Source: Gammaproteobacteria bacterium
GTDB taxonomy: Bacteria > Pseudomonadota > Gammaproteobacteria > SZUA-229
Length of the DNA: 64,000 nucleotides
Direction of reading: 5' to 3'
Assembly (NCBI GenBank): GCA_029881035.1
Contig: JAOUNI010000002.1
Location: 64,565 to 128,564 of the forward strand
Part shown: positions 30,450-39,749 of the stretch, piece by piece
How the letters are laid out: each line of letters starts with the position of its first letter
Position numbering within the stretch: the first letter of the stretch is position 1
The notes under the pieces: generated by a model
Told to the model about the DNA's origin: nothing
Seen by the model: the letters and a program-made list of their open reading frames with translations, nothing else
Database searches by the model: none
Program-made: the position numbers and the translations under genes

Positions 30450-30836
30450 CTAGATTTTTGCCATGACAGCAAAACTTTTGATGAAGGGTCCGGCCATACG
30501 AGGATCTTTAATCATAGCGCCATAATCTCCAACTAAAAATTTCAGCTTACCTGTGGTATAGGCCATACCTAACCCCATCATCCCCGGTGGACTCTTCACC
30601 CATTTACCCCAATGCTCATTGGATGCACGTAAGTCCCAGTTCAACGTCTCACCGTTATACTCACCAGCTGAAACCACATGACCGTTTTCAACAGTAATAA
30701 CACCTACAGGCTTTTCTTCACCTGTGAAGCCATAAGCAATTACAGAGTTAAAATTTATCTGTTTAAGTGCATCTGCCAATCCAGGTTCAGCATTCCAGGC
30801 ATTCTGAAACTTCTTCATCCAGTCTTCTTTAAACAT
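30450..30836 (-). CDS. SCP2 (sterol carrier protein 2)-like lipid-binding domain protein; first gene of the RND operon
   Basis: 128 aa, WMKKFQNAWNAEPGLADALK...GKLKF...AMAKI; SCP-2 sterol-transfer fold signature; 34 bp upstream of the MFP gene. Confidence 0.7.
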   Translation of the reverse strand: MFKEDWMKKFQNAWNAEPGLADALKQINFNSVIAYGFTGEEKPVGVITVENGHVVSAGEYNGETLNWDLRASNEHWGKWVKSPPGMMGLGMAYTTGKLKFLVGDYGAMIKDPRMAGPFIKSFAVMAKI

Positions 30837-30879
30837 TTTTTATTTCTCCAAAATAATTTAACGACCCATATCTGACATA

Positions 30880-30895
30880 GCAAGAGTTATGCCAA
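30880..30895 (-). promoter_or_regulatory. Sigma-54 (-24/-12) promoter TGGCAT-N5-TTGC on the - strand, upstream of the SCP2-MFP-RND operon
   Basis: The reverse complement of GCAAGAGTTATGCCAA is TTGGCATAACTCTTGC, matching the TGGCAC-N5-TTGCW consensus with GG/GC correctly spaced. It sits about 45 bp upstream of the SCP2 start, with a divergent sigma-54 activator gene. Confidence 0.55.
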
Positions 30896-30923
30896 CTCCC
30901 AACTCATTGATTTACATCAAACA

Positions 30924-31055
30924 ATTGTTGCTCATTGTTCCATCATGCAACAATACTTTTATTGACTAATGTCACTAAGTGGATGAATACATGTAAAAAC
31001 CAAGGATATATTGGGTGAAACATTGTTGCGCAACACCGCAATAATTGCAACACTG
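30924..31055. promoter_or_regulatory. Putative upstream activator sequences: inverted repeat ATTGTTGC-N15-GCAACAAT (30924-30954), perfect palindrome TGTTGCGCAACA (31024-31035) and a TTGCAACA half-site (31045-31052)
   Basis: Repeated TTGTTGC/GCAACAA dyads 30-170 bp upstream of the sigma-54 promoter, inside the divergent intergenic region with the EBP gene. Confidence 0.4.
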
Positions 31056-31094
31056 TGATTAGATAATAATTTTTCCCCTACTAAGGAACGTCTA

Positions 31095-32444
31095 ATGCAG
31101 CCCAGTGAACCCAACTTTGCCCTGTTACTGGAAAACATTGTTTCATTCATCGATGAAGGTGTCATAGTAACTGATAATCTAGGTAACGTTCTATACCATA
31201 ACCCAGCAGTATTTAAATTACTCGGCATTGAACCCAACAAACCGATCAATAAACTACACGACATAGGTAAGTTTAATTTACAGAAAGCTATCTTACGTGC
31301 CGCTATCGACGCGGGTGAAACCGATGCTGCCGGTAAACCCAGTGACAACTTTATTAGCTTCGAACAACAATTTCATCATGATGGCTGCAATCGACTGGTC
31401 GAAATTATTAGTCGCCTGATTACCAGCCCTGATCACAAAGAGAAAAACCGCCTCATACTGTTCAGAGATCGAACAGACGCACGGCATATGGAAGCCGTGC
31501 TCAATCCCATGGGCAAACAGATGAGCAGCCAGGATCCACGCATGCTGGAAATTATTGATCGCATCTATCAAATTGCCCCAACTAATGCTTTTATCCTGCT
31601 ACAAGGGGAGTCTGGCACAGGTAAAACACAATTGGGACGATTGATCCATACTCAAAGCAGTCGATCAAAAGAGGCATTTGTGGAAGTGAACTGTGCAGCT
31701 ATACCAGAAACCCTGATTGAATCTGAATTATTCGGCCATGTTAAGGGGGCATTTACCGGTGCCAGTAGAGGTCGCCCAGGAAGGTTTCAGAGCGCACACA
31801 AAGGCACATTATTTCTTGATGAAGTTGGAGAGATCCCCCTGCATCTACAGGCAAAACTATTACGAGCCATTCAGGATCAGGAGTTCGAAATGGTGGGCTC
31901 AGATAAGCCCGTACGCGTTGACGTACGTATTATAGCCGCCTCCAACAAAAATCTAAGACAGATGGTAGATAAGGGCAAGTTCCGCGCCGACCTATTTTAT
32001 AGACTGGCCGTTATCCCCATAACCATACCTTCACTTAAAGAAAGACCAGGCGATATTATATTATTATCCAAACACTTCTGCGCCCAGTTAGTGGCCAGAG
32101 GTTACCCTGCCAACATTACTTGTAGCGACGAAGCCACTCGTATGATGATGGATTACCCCTGGCCCGGGAACGTACGTGAGCTTGAAAATGCGGTAGAACA
32201 TGGTCTAATTTGTGCCATCGATGGCCAGGTAAGAACTGAAAGCCTGCCTCAGGATATACGTGAACATAGCCTTAAGCTGAACAAGCCGATTCATGACGCT
32301 GAAGACAATGCAATTCAACATGCCTTCGAAATAGAATCTACATTAAAACAGGTTAATGGCAATAAAGCCGAAGCGGCAAAGGTACTGGGCGTAAACCGCA
32401 CCACACTATGGCGGTGGATACAAAAATACGGCATTGAAATATAA
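31095..32444 (+). CDS. Sigma-54-dependent Fis-family transcriptional activator with an N-terminal PAS-like sensor domain
   Basis: 449 aa. AAA+ sigma-54 interaction domain (GESGTGKT, GAFTGA, ESELFGH), C-terminal HTH (RTTLWRWIQKYGI). Confidence 0.9.
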   Translation: MQPSEPNFALLLENIVSFIDEGVIVTDNLGNVLYHNPAVFKLLGIEPNKPINKLHDIGKFNLQKAILRAAIDAGETDAAGKPSDNFISFEQQFHHDGCNRLVEIISRLITSPDHKEKNRLILFRDRTDARHMEAVLNPMGKQMSSQDPRMLEIIDRIYQIAPTNAFILLQGESGTGKTQLGRLIHTQSSRSKEAFVEVNCAAIPETLIESELFGHVKGAFTGASRGRPGRFQSAHKGTLFLDEVGEIPLHLQAKLLRAIQDQEFEMVGSDKPVRVDVRIIAASNKNLRQMVDKGKFRADLFYRLAVIPITIPSLKERPGDIILLSKHFCAQLVARGYPANITCSDEATRMMMDYPWPGNVRELENAVEHGLICAIDGQVRTESLPQDIREHSLKLNKPIHDAEDNAIQHAFEIESTLKQVNGNKAEAAKVLGVNRTTLWRWIQKYGIEI

Positions 32445-32512
32445 AACAAAGTGGCTATGTGATTATGATGTGCAGGGTTTGCTTTAAACTGATAACAGCT
32501 ACGGCATAAAGT

Positions 32513-32932
32513 CTATTTCACAATCCGCAAATTGGGTCTTGGTCTATCTGGATCAGGCTCGTGCTCGGGCTCAGAATTATTACCCATCTTGAATTCTTCA
32601 GAGCCCCTATCTGGTGATGGTTCATCGTCATCTGAGAACATCATACCCTGTCCATTTTCCCTGGCATAAATCGCAGTGACTGCATTTATTGGTACATAAA
32701 TTGACTCTGAAACCCCGTTAAAACGAGCACCAAAACTAATACCTTCATCACCTAGCATCAGCCCGCTAACCGCCATGGGTGCAATATTCAATACAATCTT
32801 ACTGTCCTGAATATAACCATCGGGAACCAGACAACCATCCACAGAGGCATCAGCCAATAAATGAGGCGTCACACCATTATCAACAATCCATTGATACATG
32901 GCACGTATAAGATAGGGTCGGCTAGAAGTCAT
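32513..32932 (-). CDS. sspB: Stringent starvation protein B (ClpXP adaptor)
   Basis: MTSSRPYLIRAMYQWIVDNGVTPHLL...; acidic tail ending RIVK. Confidence 0.85.
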   Translation of the reverse strand: MTSSRPYLIRAMYQWIVDNGVTPHLLADASVDGCLVPDGYIQDSKIVLNIAPMAVSGLMLGDEGISFGARFNGVSESIYVPINAVTAIYARENGQGMMFSDDDEPSPDRGSEEFKMGNNSEPEHEPDPDRPRPNLRIVK

Positions 32933-33066
32933 AGTTTAAAAACGGCCGCTACAGTAATTCAAAAAAATCGCAATGAAACCTTCGCTTCAAAATAACATAC
33001 TGATTTAATGGAATCTACAGAAAACTACATCAGGGCTGGCGGCTTTCCGCCAAGAATGAGGCTACG

Positions 33067-33663
33067 TTATAGTCGCAGCTCTCTCTCAGACTCAGTCAAA
33101 CTCAACTGAAAACCTTCTCTTTCGAAAAGACGATCCGCGTATTCCTGAACTGCCATAGCTGCCTTAGGCAACTCAATACCATAGTGCGGCAAACGCCACA
33201 AAATAGGCGCAATACTGGCATCCACCATGGTAAAACAATCATTCAGAAAGAATGGCATGGCTGAGAACACGTCCGCTGTAGCAGCAATGCTCTCGGCCAG
33301 TTCCTTACGTGCTTTAGTCACGGCTTTTTCAGCCTTGGTCTCAATAATATCGACCAATGGATACCAGTCGTTCTCTACACGGAACAAAGCCAGTCTTGAT
33401 TGAGCGCGCGCCACAGGACCAACCGGCATCAGAGGAGGATGAGGAAAACGTTCTTCCAGATACTCCATGATCACGCGTGAGTTATACAGAACCAGATCAC
33501 GATCAACCAGAGTCGGCACAGTGCAATAAGGATTTAAATCTATCAAATCCTCAGGCAAATTTTTGGGATCGATTTCCACAATTTCATGCACAATTTCCTT
33601 TTCAGCAAGAACAATGCGCGTTCTGTGACATTCAATCGATGTGCCGGTTGTATACAAATTCAT
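33067..33663 (-). CDS. sspA: Stringent starvation protein A (GST-like)
   Basis: 198 aa GST-fold; upstream of sspB and downstream of petC. Confidence 0.9.
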   Translation of the reverse strand: MNLYTTGTSIECHRTRIVLAEKEIVHEIVEIDPKNLPEDLIDLNPYCTVPTLVDRDLVLYNSRVIMEYLEERFPHPPLMPVGPVARAQSRLALFRVENDWYPLVDIIETKAEKAVTKARKELAESIAATADVFSAMPFFLNDCFTMVDASIAPILWRLPHYGIELPKAAMAVQEYADRLFEREGFQLSLTESERELRL

Positions 33664-33712
33664 TTATTCAGCCTTAAGGTTGATTTATTTATTCACACAA
33701 ACAGATGTTTAT

Positions 33713-34465
33713 TTAGTGAATGTCCTTCCAATATTCTTTCTTCAACAGATAGGCAAATACAAAGAAGATTGAAAGATAAATCAGCACCTTCCAGCCCAAA
33801 TCCCTGCGCTCCGTTTGTACCGGCTCGGCCAGATACACCATGAAATTAACCAGATCAGCCACAAAAGCATCATATTCTTCTGCTGTCATTGAACCAGCCT
33901 GTAGCGTCTCAAAATCCTCAATACGTTCGACAGAAACACCATCATGGTCTTCAGTCACATAAACAGGTTTATTTATCCCCTGCAATTCCCAAAGCACATG
34001 CGGCATAGCCACGTCTGGGAAAGCACGATTATTCATGCCTGTGGGGCGATTTGCATCTACATAGAAAGTACGCAAATAGGTATACAACCAGTCTGCACCG
34101 CGTGAGCGTGCTGTCAAAGTGATATCAGGAACGGCAGTGCCAAAAGCGTTCTTAGCGTAATCCTTGGTCATAGCAACCGTCATCAGATCACCCGTTTTTG
34201 TGACTTCGCCTTTTTTATCACGCGTAAAAATCATCATCTCACGCACTTCAGCTTCGGTCATGCCGGTATCTTTGGCAATACGATTAAAACGCATGAACTG
34301 TGCTGAATGACAGCTAAAGCAATAGTCTGCAAAACCCTTTGCGCCGCGTTTGATTGAATCTTTGTTGTATATATCAATCGGCGCAGCATCAAGATGCACA
34401 CCACTAGATGCAAACGATGTTGCCGGAAAAATAGCCAATATTAATATCAGGATATATTTTTTCAT
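33713..34465 (-). CDS. petC: Cytochrome c1 of the ubiquinol-cytochrome c reductase
   Basis: Signal peptide, CFSCHS haem motif, C-terminal TM anchor; follows petB. Confidence 0.85.
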   Translation of the reverse strand: MKKYILILILAIFPATSFASSGVHLDAAPIDIYNKDSIKRGAKGFADYCFSCHSAQFMRFNRIAKDTGMTEAEVREMMIFTRDKKGEVTKTGDLMTVAMTKDYAKNAFGTAVPDITLTARSRGADWLYTYLRTFYVDANRPTGMNNRAFPDVAMPHVLWELQGINKPVYVTEDHDGVSVERIEDFETLQAGSMTAEEYDAFVADLVNFMVYLAEPVQTERRDLGWKVLIYLSIFFVFAYLLKKEYWKDIH

Positions 34466-35676
34466 GATGTAACCCTATCCGGTACAGGTTTTGTTTGCTC
34501 GTTTTTCGAAGTCACGTAAAGCACCACAAAGAATGCAAAGTACAGGAGAGAAAAGACCTGTGACATCAACGTGATAGTTGAATTAACCGGTTGCATCGCC
34601 AACCAGCCCAACACAACGAAGCTTACTGCAAATATAACCAGGTTAACTTTGTAAAGGTTTGAACGGTAGCGAATTGATTTCACCTTGCAGCGATCAATCC
34701 ACGGCAGGAAAAACAGCACAACAATCGCTGCACCCATGGCACCAACACCCATCAACTTATCAGGTACCGCACGCAGAATTGCATAGAACGGAGTGAAATA
34801 CCAAACCGGAGCAATATGCTCTGGTGTCTTCAAAGGATCTGAAGCAATAAAGTTCGCATGCTCAAGGAAGTAACCACCACCATCAGGGAAGTAGAACATC
34901 ACTACACTGAAGAAGAACAGGAACGCCACCACACCAACAATATCTTTTACTGAGTAGTAAGGATGGAATGGAATGCCATCCAGCGGGATATGCGTAACTG
35001 GGTCTTTGTTCTTCTTGATCTCAACGCCGTCCGGGTTGTTGGAACCGACTTCGTGCAGCGCAAGAATATGCGCAATCACCAGGAACACAATAACAAATGG
35101 CAATGCAATCACGTGCAGCGCGAAGAAACGATTCAGCGTCGCATCGGAAATCACGAAGTCACCACGAATCCATAAAGTCAGGTCATCACCAATCACTGGA
35201 ATCGCACTGAACAGGGAGATAATTACCTGTGCGCCCCAGTAAGACATCTGGCCCCAGGGCAATAAATAACCCATAAAAGCTTCAGCCATCAATGCCAGGT
35301 AAATAAACATACCGAACAGCCAGATTAATTCACGTGGCTTTTTGTATGAACCGTACATCAGGCCGCGGAACATATGCAGATAAACCACAATGAAGAACGC
35401 GGTAGCACCCGTTGAGTGGATATAACGAATCAACCAGCCGTAAGGTACATCACGCATGATGTATTCAACAGAGGCAAACGCCAGCTCACCATCAGGTTTG
35501 TAATGCATGGTCAGAAAAATACCGGAAACAATCTGAATCACCAGCACTAATAGCGCCAATGAACCAAAGAAGTACCAGAAATTAAAGTTTTTTGGTGCGT
35601 AATACTCAGCCAGATGCTCATTCCACATTTTGCTCAATGGGAAACGATCATCTATCCAACCTAGTAACTTACCCAT
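34462..35676 (-). CDS. petB: Cytochrome b of the bc1 complex
   Basis: 404 aa; conserved haem-ligand His pairs; 8 TM. Confidence 0.95.
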   Translation of the reverse strand: MGKLLGWIDDRFPLSKMWNEHLAEYYAPKNFNFWYFFGSLALLVLVIQIVSGIFLTMHYKPDGELAFASVEYIMRDVPYGWLIRYIHSTGATAFFIVVYLHMFRGLMYGSYKKPRELIWLFGMFIYLALMAEAFMGYLLPWGQMSYWGAQVIISLFSAIPVIGDDLTLWIRGDFVISDATLNRFFALHVIALPFVIVFLVIAHILALHEVGSNNPDGVEIKKNKDPVTHIPLDGIPFHPYYSVKDIVGVVAFLFFFSVVMFYFPDGGGYFLEHANFIASDPLKTPEHIAPVWYFTPFYAILRAVPDKLMGVGAMGAAIVVLFFLPWIDRCKVKSIRYRSNLYKVNLVIFAVSFVVLGWLAMQPVNSTITLMSQVFSLLYFAFFVVLYVTSKNEQTKPVPDRVTS

Positions 35677-36272
35677 TATGCCGCCTCCCCGTCTTGACCA
35701 ATTAAAATCGTATTATCGGTTACATAATAGTGTGGCGGAACAGCCAGATTAGTCGGTGCAGGCACACCCTGGAATACACGACCAGCTAAATCAAATTTTG
35801 AGCTGTGACAGGGACAGAAGAAACCACCCATCCAGTTTTCACCCAGATCAGCCGGTGCGATGTCCGGACGGAAAGTGGGCGAACAACCCAGATGGGTACA
35901 AATACCAACCAGCACAAGAATTTCCGGCTTACGCGAACGCTGCATATTTTTTGCGTATTCAGGCTGCTGATCAAGATTATCTGAAGCCGGATCACGCAGG
36001 TTATCGTTATTTTTCTCAAGATCAGCCAATGTCTTTTCAGAACGTCGAACAATCCAGACAGGCTTGCTCTGCCACTCCACCGTCATCATTCGACCTTCTT
36101 CAAGACGACTAATATCGGCTTCTACAGGCGCGCCAGCATTTTTAGCACGTTCACTAGGCATCCATGAAGACAAAAAAGGAACGGCAACAAAACCAGCACC
36201 CACTGCACCCACAACAGAGGTGGATGTGACAAGGAATCGGCGCTTACCTTCATCTACAGTATCGGTAGACAT
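35676..36272 (-). CDS. petA: Rieske 2Fe-2S subunit of the bc1 complex
   Basis: Tat-like N-terminus; CTHLGC...CPCHSSKFD Rieske boxes. Confidence 0.9.
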   Translation of the reverse strand: MSTDTVDEGKRRFLVTSTSVVGAVGAGFVAVPFLSSWMPSERAKNAGAPVEADISRLEEGRMMTVEWQSKPVWIVRRSEKTLADLEKNNDNLRDPASDNLDQQPEYAKNMQRSRKPEILVLVGICTHLGCSPTFRPDIAPADLGENWMGGFFCPCHSSKFDLAGRVFQGVPAPTNLAVPPHYYVTDNTILIGQDGEAA

Positions 36273-36483
36273 TTATAAATCTCCGCATTATTAAATTAGG
36301 CTATTGCTGTACTTTTGCGGTAATCAAGCGTTGAATCAGCTCAAAAGTGACATACAATCAGAACGAGTAAGGAGTTTAAAATGGAACAAACCCATCACAA
36401 AGCCGCGGTAGCTTATCTTATGTTGTCCATGCCGCCAAGTTTTTTATAACAAACGCAATAAAAACAATAACCTACATAATCCC

Positions 36484-37620
36484 ATGAAAAATAAATACTC
36501 ACTTTTCAGCTATTTTCTTAACTGGGGACTACTGGGTCTTTTTCTTAGCCTGATTTTTCTATGGCTTCAGGGCTATATTCAGCTCTCCATCCCAGACAAA
36601 AATCAGCAACCAGATCAGCAGACATCAAATACCGGCTTTTCACAGGCGGTTACTCGTGCTGCGCCCTCTGTAGTAAGTATTCAGGTAGCCAGGCTGAAGA
36701 AAACACCGGAACTTAGCAATAACGAACAAACAGTGGAAAATTTTCTCGGCCAGAATTCACCGCACACGCCCCGTTTCAAAACTAGCATCGGCTCAGGCTC
36801 GGGTGTTATTGTCGATGCACGCGGTTATATTGCAACCAATTACCATGTCATCAAAGATGCTGAAAGCATTCAGATATCATTGAATGACGGCAGAAAAACC
36901 ATCGCACACCTCATCGGCGATGATCCGGAAACTGATCTGGCCATATTAAAAATCGATCTTACCGATCTGCCACAGGCTCAAATTGCAAACATTAGCCAAC
37001 TCAATATCGGTGACATTGCTCTGGCCATTGGTTACCCTTTTGAAATCGGCCAGACCGTCACTCAAGGCATCATCAGCGCCACTGGTCGTACACAGGTCAG
37101 CGCCAACACCTACGAAAACTTTTTACAAACCGATGCCGCTATCAATCCCGGCAACTCCGGTGGTGCGCTAATCAACGACAGGGGTGAAATTGTGGGTATC
37201 AACTCACTCATCTTCACCAAAACCGGTAGTTTTAATGGCATTGGTTTTGCCATCCCAATAGATTTGGCTATCGGCGTGTTACAACAAATTGTCACTCATG
37301 GTTACGTAGTGCGTGGCTGGCTGGGCGTTGGTGGGCAAGCACTGACTTCGCCGATTCTCAATAAACTGGGGCTCAAGGACATTACTGGCATTTTAGTCAC
37401 CGATGTTGATGCACAAGGCCCCGGTGATAAAGCCGGTTTAAAACCGGGAGATATCATTACTCGCATGAACGGACAAAGTATAGAATCAGCTCAGGATGTA
37501 CTCAATATTGTCGCCGCCGGCCAACCGGGCGATGATTTTGAAATCGAGGGGCTGCGCCAGCGTCAAAGCTTCAAGATTAAAGCTGTACTCGGACAACGGC
37601 CGATGATGAGCCAGGAATAA
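36484..37620 (+). CDS. S1C-family serine endoprotease, DegS/AlgW-like (single PDZ)
   Basis: 378 aa. N-terminal TM; catalytic His, Asp and GNSGGAL Ser; one C-terminal PDZ domain. Confidence 0.8.
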   Translation: MKNKYSLFSYFLNWGLLGLFLSLIFLWLQGYIQLSIPDKNQQPDQQTSNTGFSQAVTRAAPSVVSIQVARLKKTPELSNNEQTVENFLGQNSPHTPRFKTSIGSGSGVIVDARGYIATNYHVIKDAESIQISLNDGRKTIAHLIGDDPETDLAILKIDLTDLPQAQIANISQLNIGDIALAIGYPFEIGQTVTQGIISATGRTQVSANTYENFLQTDAAINPGNSGGALINDRGEIVGINSLIFTKTGSFNGIGFAIPIDLAIGVLQQIVTHGYVVRGWLGVGGQALTSPILNKLGLKDITGILVTDVDAQGPGDKAGLKPGDIITRMNGQSIESAQDVLNIVAAGQPGDDFEIEGLRQRQSFKIKAVLGQRPMMSQE

Positions 37621-37633
37621 GCAAACCCATCGT

Positions 37634-38725
37634 CTAGGCAGCCAGTGCTTTAGTCAGCGCAGACAGAAAAGCTGCATTTTCTTCCGGCTTGCCAATAGTT
37701 ACTCGCAGACAGTTTTTTAAAGCTCCTGTCTGAACGTTCATGTTTTTAATCAAAACACCCTGCTCGCGAATCTGATTAAACACTGCACCAGCATCGTGCC
37801 CGAGCAACCTGAACAGAATAAAATTAGCCCGGCTGGGAAAGGCTTCCACCGTATCTATCGCTGATAAAGCTTTCAACATGACTTCACGCTCGTTTCTGAT
37901 CGAAGCAGCCTGCCCATCCAGCACTGCAACATGTTCCAGCGCAGCGCAGGCCGCCTGCTGAGTCAGCACATTAATGTTGTATGGCAGACGCACTTTATCG
38001 ACTTCCTGAATCAGCGCGGGCGATCCTGCCAGCATGCCCAGACGCAACCCCGCCAACCCCATTTTCGATACCGTGCGCATCACCAGCAGTTGCTCATACT
38101 CAATCAGTTTTGGCATAAAACTACTTTGCGCAAACGGATGATAAGCCTCATCTACCACCACCAGGCCCGGTGCAATACTCAGAATTTCTTCAATGTCAGC
38201 TTCAGCAAATAAATTAGCCGTCGGATTATTCGGGTAAGCAATAAAAATAATCGCCGGCTGATGTTTTTTAATTGCCGCCCGCGTTGCCGCCATATCCAGT
38301 TCAAAATGCTCATCCAACGGGACACCAACATACTGCATGCCGACAAACTCAGCGATCATCTTGTACATAACAAAACCGGGGTCAAACGACATGATGCAAC
38401 GATCCTCACCACTGACCACCATGGCCAGCATCTGAATCAGCTCATCCGAGCCGTTACCCAGTACCGTCGCGGTACCCTCGGGTACGCCCATCACCCTTGA
38501 CAGTTTTTCACGCAACACTAACGCCGAAGGGTCCGGGTAACGGTTGATCTCCGCCGCTGCCAGCACCTCCGGCCAATGCCCGGTTAGCTCTTCCAGCGTA
38601 TATGGGTTCTCCATCGCATCCAGCTTGGTCAGGCCACTGGCATCCGCCACGTGGTAAGCGTTCAATGCACGAATCTCAGGTCGAATCCAGTTCAAAAGTT
38701 TATCTGTCACAGCAACGCTCTTCAT
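37634..38725 (-). CDS. hisC: Histidinol-phosphate aminotransferase
   Basis: 363 aa class-II aminotransferase; YPDP motif and PLP Lys region (VMRTVSKMGLAGLRLG). Confidence 0.9.
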   Translation of the reverse strand: MKSVAVTDKLLNWIRPEIRALNAYHVADASGLTKLDAMENPYTLEELTGHWPEVLAAAEINRYPDPSALVLREKLSRVMGVPEGTATVLGNGSDELIQMLAMVVSGEDRCIMSFDPGFVMYKMIAEFVGMQYVGVPLDEHFELDMAATRAAIKKHQPAIIFIAYPNNPTANLFAEADIEEILSIAPGLVVVDEAYHPFAQSSFMPKLIEYEQLLVMRTVSKMGLAGLRLGMLAGSPALIQEVDKVRLPYNINVLTQQAACAALEHVAVLDGQAASIRNEREVMLKALSAIDTVEAFPSRANFILFRLLGHDAGAVFNQIREQGVLIKNMNVQTGALKNCLRVTIGKPEENAAFLSALTKALAA

Positions 38726-38786
38726 TTATTTAATTAGAAACTGGATGGTATCAAACCCGGCCACACAAAAAAAATTATTTTCAGGG

Positions 38787-38814
38787 CTTGTAATAAAATA
38801 AACCATCCACAAAT
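38787..38814 (+). promoter_or_regulatory. Sigma-32-like heat-shock promoter of ibpA (CTTGTAAT-N12-CCACAAAT)
   Basis: Same -35 and -10 words as the groES promoter; upstream of an Hsp20 gene. Confidence 0.45.
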
Positions 38815-38855
38815 TGTAAGCACATACAATGAACAACCTGAATGAGGTGAACAAC

Positions 38856-39290
38856 ATGAGCTTAGTAAGATACAATCCATGGAGCATTTTTGACCAGCTC
38901 AATCGCGAGCTGGGTACATCAGCCAGCTACAGGAATGAAGATGATGCCAATGTAGCTACTGCTAACTGGACACCTTCTGTTGATATCACGGAAGACGAAA
39001 GCAGCTTCAAACTACTGGCTGATATTCCAGGCGTAAAACCGGAAGACATCGATATTTTTATGGAAAATGGCGTATTAACCATAAAAGGTGAACGCAGTAC
39101 TGAAGAAAAAACCGAGAAGGAAAACTTCCGCCGCGTCGAAAGACAGTATGGCGTTTTCTATCGCCGCTTCACTCTACCCGAGACTGCCAATGCGGATAAA
39201 ATTGAAGCCCATTCGGAACATGGCGTTCTAAAAATCACTATTCCCAAACAGGAAGTTGCCCAGGCTAGACGCATTAGCGTTAAACACTAA
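38856..39290 (+). CDS. ibpA: Small heat-shock protein, Hsp20/IbpA family. The track ORF starts at 38829; the likely start is MSLVRYNPW at 38856
   Basis: Alpha-crystallin domain; N-terminus MSLVRYNPWSIFDQL typical of IbpA. Confidence 0.85.
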   Translation: MSLVRYNPWSIFDQLNRELGTSASYRNEDDANVATANWTPSVDITEDESSFKLLADIPGVKPEDIDIFMENGVLTIKGERSTEEKTEKENFRRVERQYGVFYRRFTLPETANADKIEAHSEHGVLKITIPKQEVAQARRISVKH

Positions 39291-39317
39291 ATAACTCCTA
39301 ACTCTCCTAGAGTTTTT

Positions 39318-39345
39318 GACCCGCGCAAGCGGGTCTTTTTTTATC
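39318..39345 (+). terminator. Rho-independent terminator GACCCGCGCAAGCGGGTC plus T7 after ibpA
   Basis: 7-bp GC stem, 4-nt loop, TTTTTTT. Confidence 0.8.
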
Positions 39346-39430
39346 TCCCATTCTTGCAATTGAAATAATCTAATAACACGGGGATAATAGTCAACGGTAC
39401 TTTATCGACAAAGACAAACAGGTATAAAAC

Positions 39431-39595
39431 ATGAGTGGTGGCTGGGGTTGCCCACACGAGATAAATGGCAAATGCCAGCGTGTAGAAAATAAAATCTGTG
39501 ATCCAGGCATGAAGGGATGCGTGCTTGCAGGGAAGTTTATTTTTAGTGATAAATCCAAAAATACTGAAGCCGCAAAAAAGAAGAAACTCAAATAA
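39431..39595 (+). CDS. Small (54-aa) Cys-rich hypothetical protein, not in the ORF track (<60 aa)
   Basis: ATG preceded by AGGT 9 nt upstream. MSGGWGCPHEINGKCQRVENKICDPGMKGCVLAGKFIFSDKSKNTEAAKKKKLK has 5 Cys and a Lys-rich tail. It lies in an otherwise empty 460-bp gap. Confidence 0.3.
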   Translation: MSGGWGCPHEINGKCQRVENKICDPGMKGCVLAGKFIFSDKSKNTEAAKKKKLK

Positions 39596-39749
39596 TAATT
39601 ACTGCTAATAAGTAATCTCGTTTTCCCCAAATTCATAACCTGACAGCAGCGTCTAGCTACAGCCAATACCACTGGAACAGAAGATCAAAGCAACTTGAAA
39701 AAATCTGCGGCCTCTCACATCCGTTAGAGAGAGCCATAGAAATTAAAAC

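Noticed and set aside
32933-33066. GGCGG-cttt-CCGCC hairpin between sspB and sspA
   Set aside because: It has a short stem without a flanking T-run on either strand, so it is probably not a terminator. sspAB are normally co-transcribed.
39391-39672. 93-aa - strand ORF between ibpA and the MCP gene
   Set aside because: It has a hydrophobic junk-like sequence and is antisense to a better small Cys-rich ORF with an RBS. Neither is proven.
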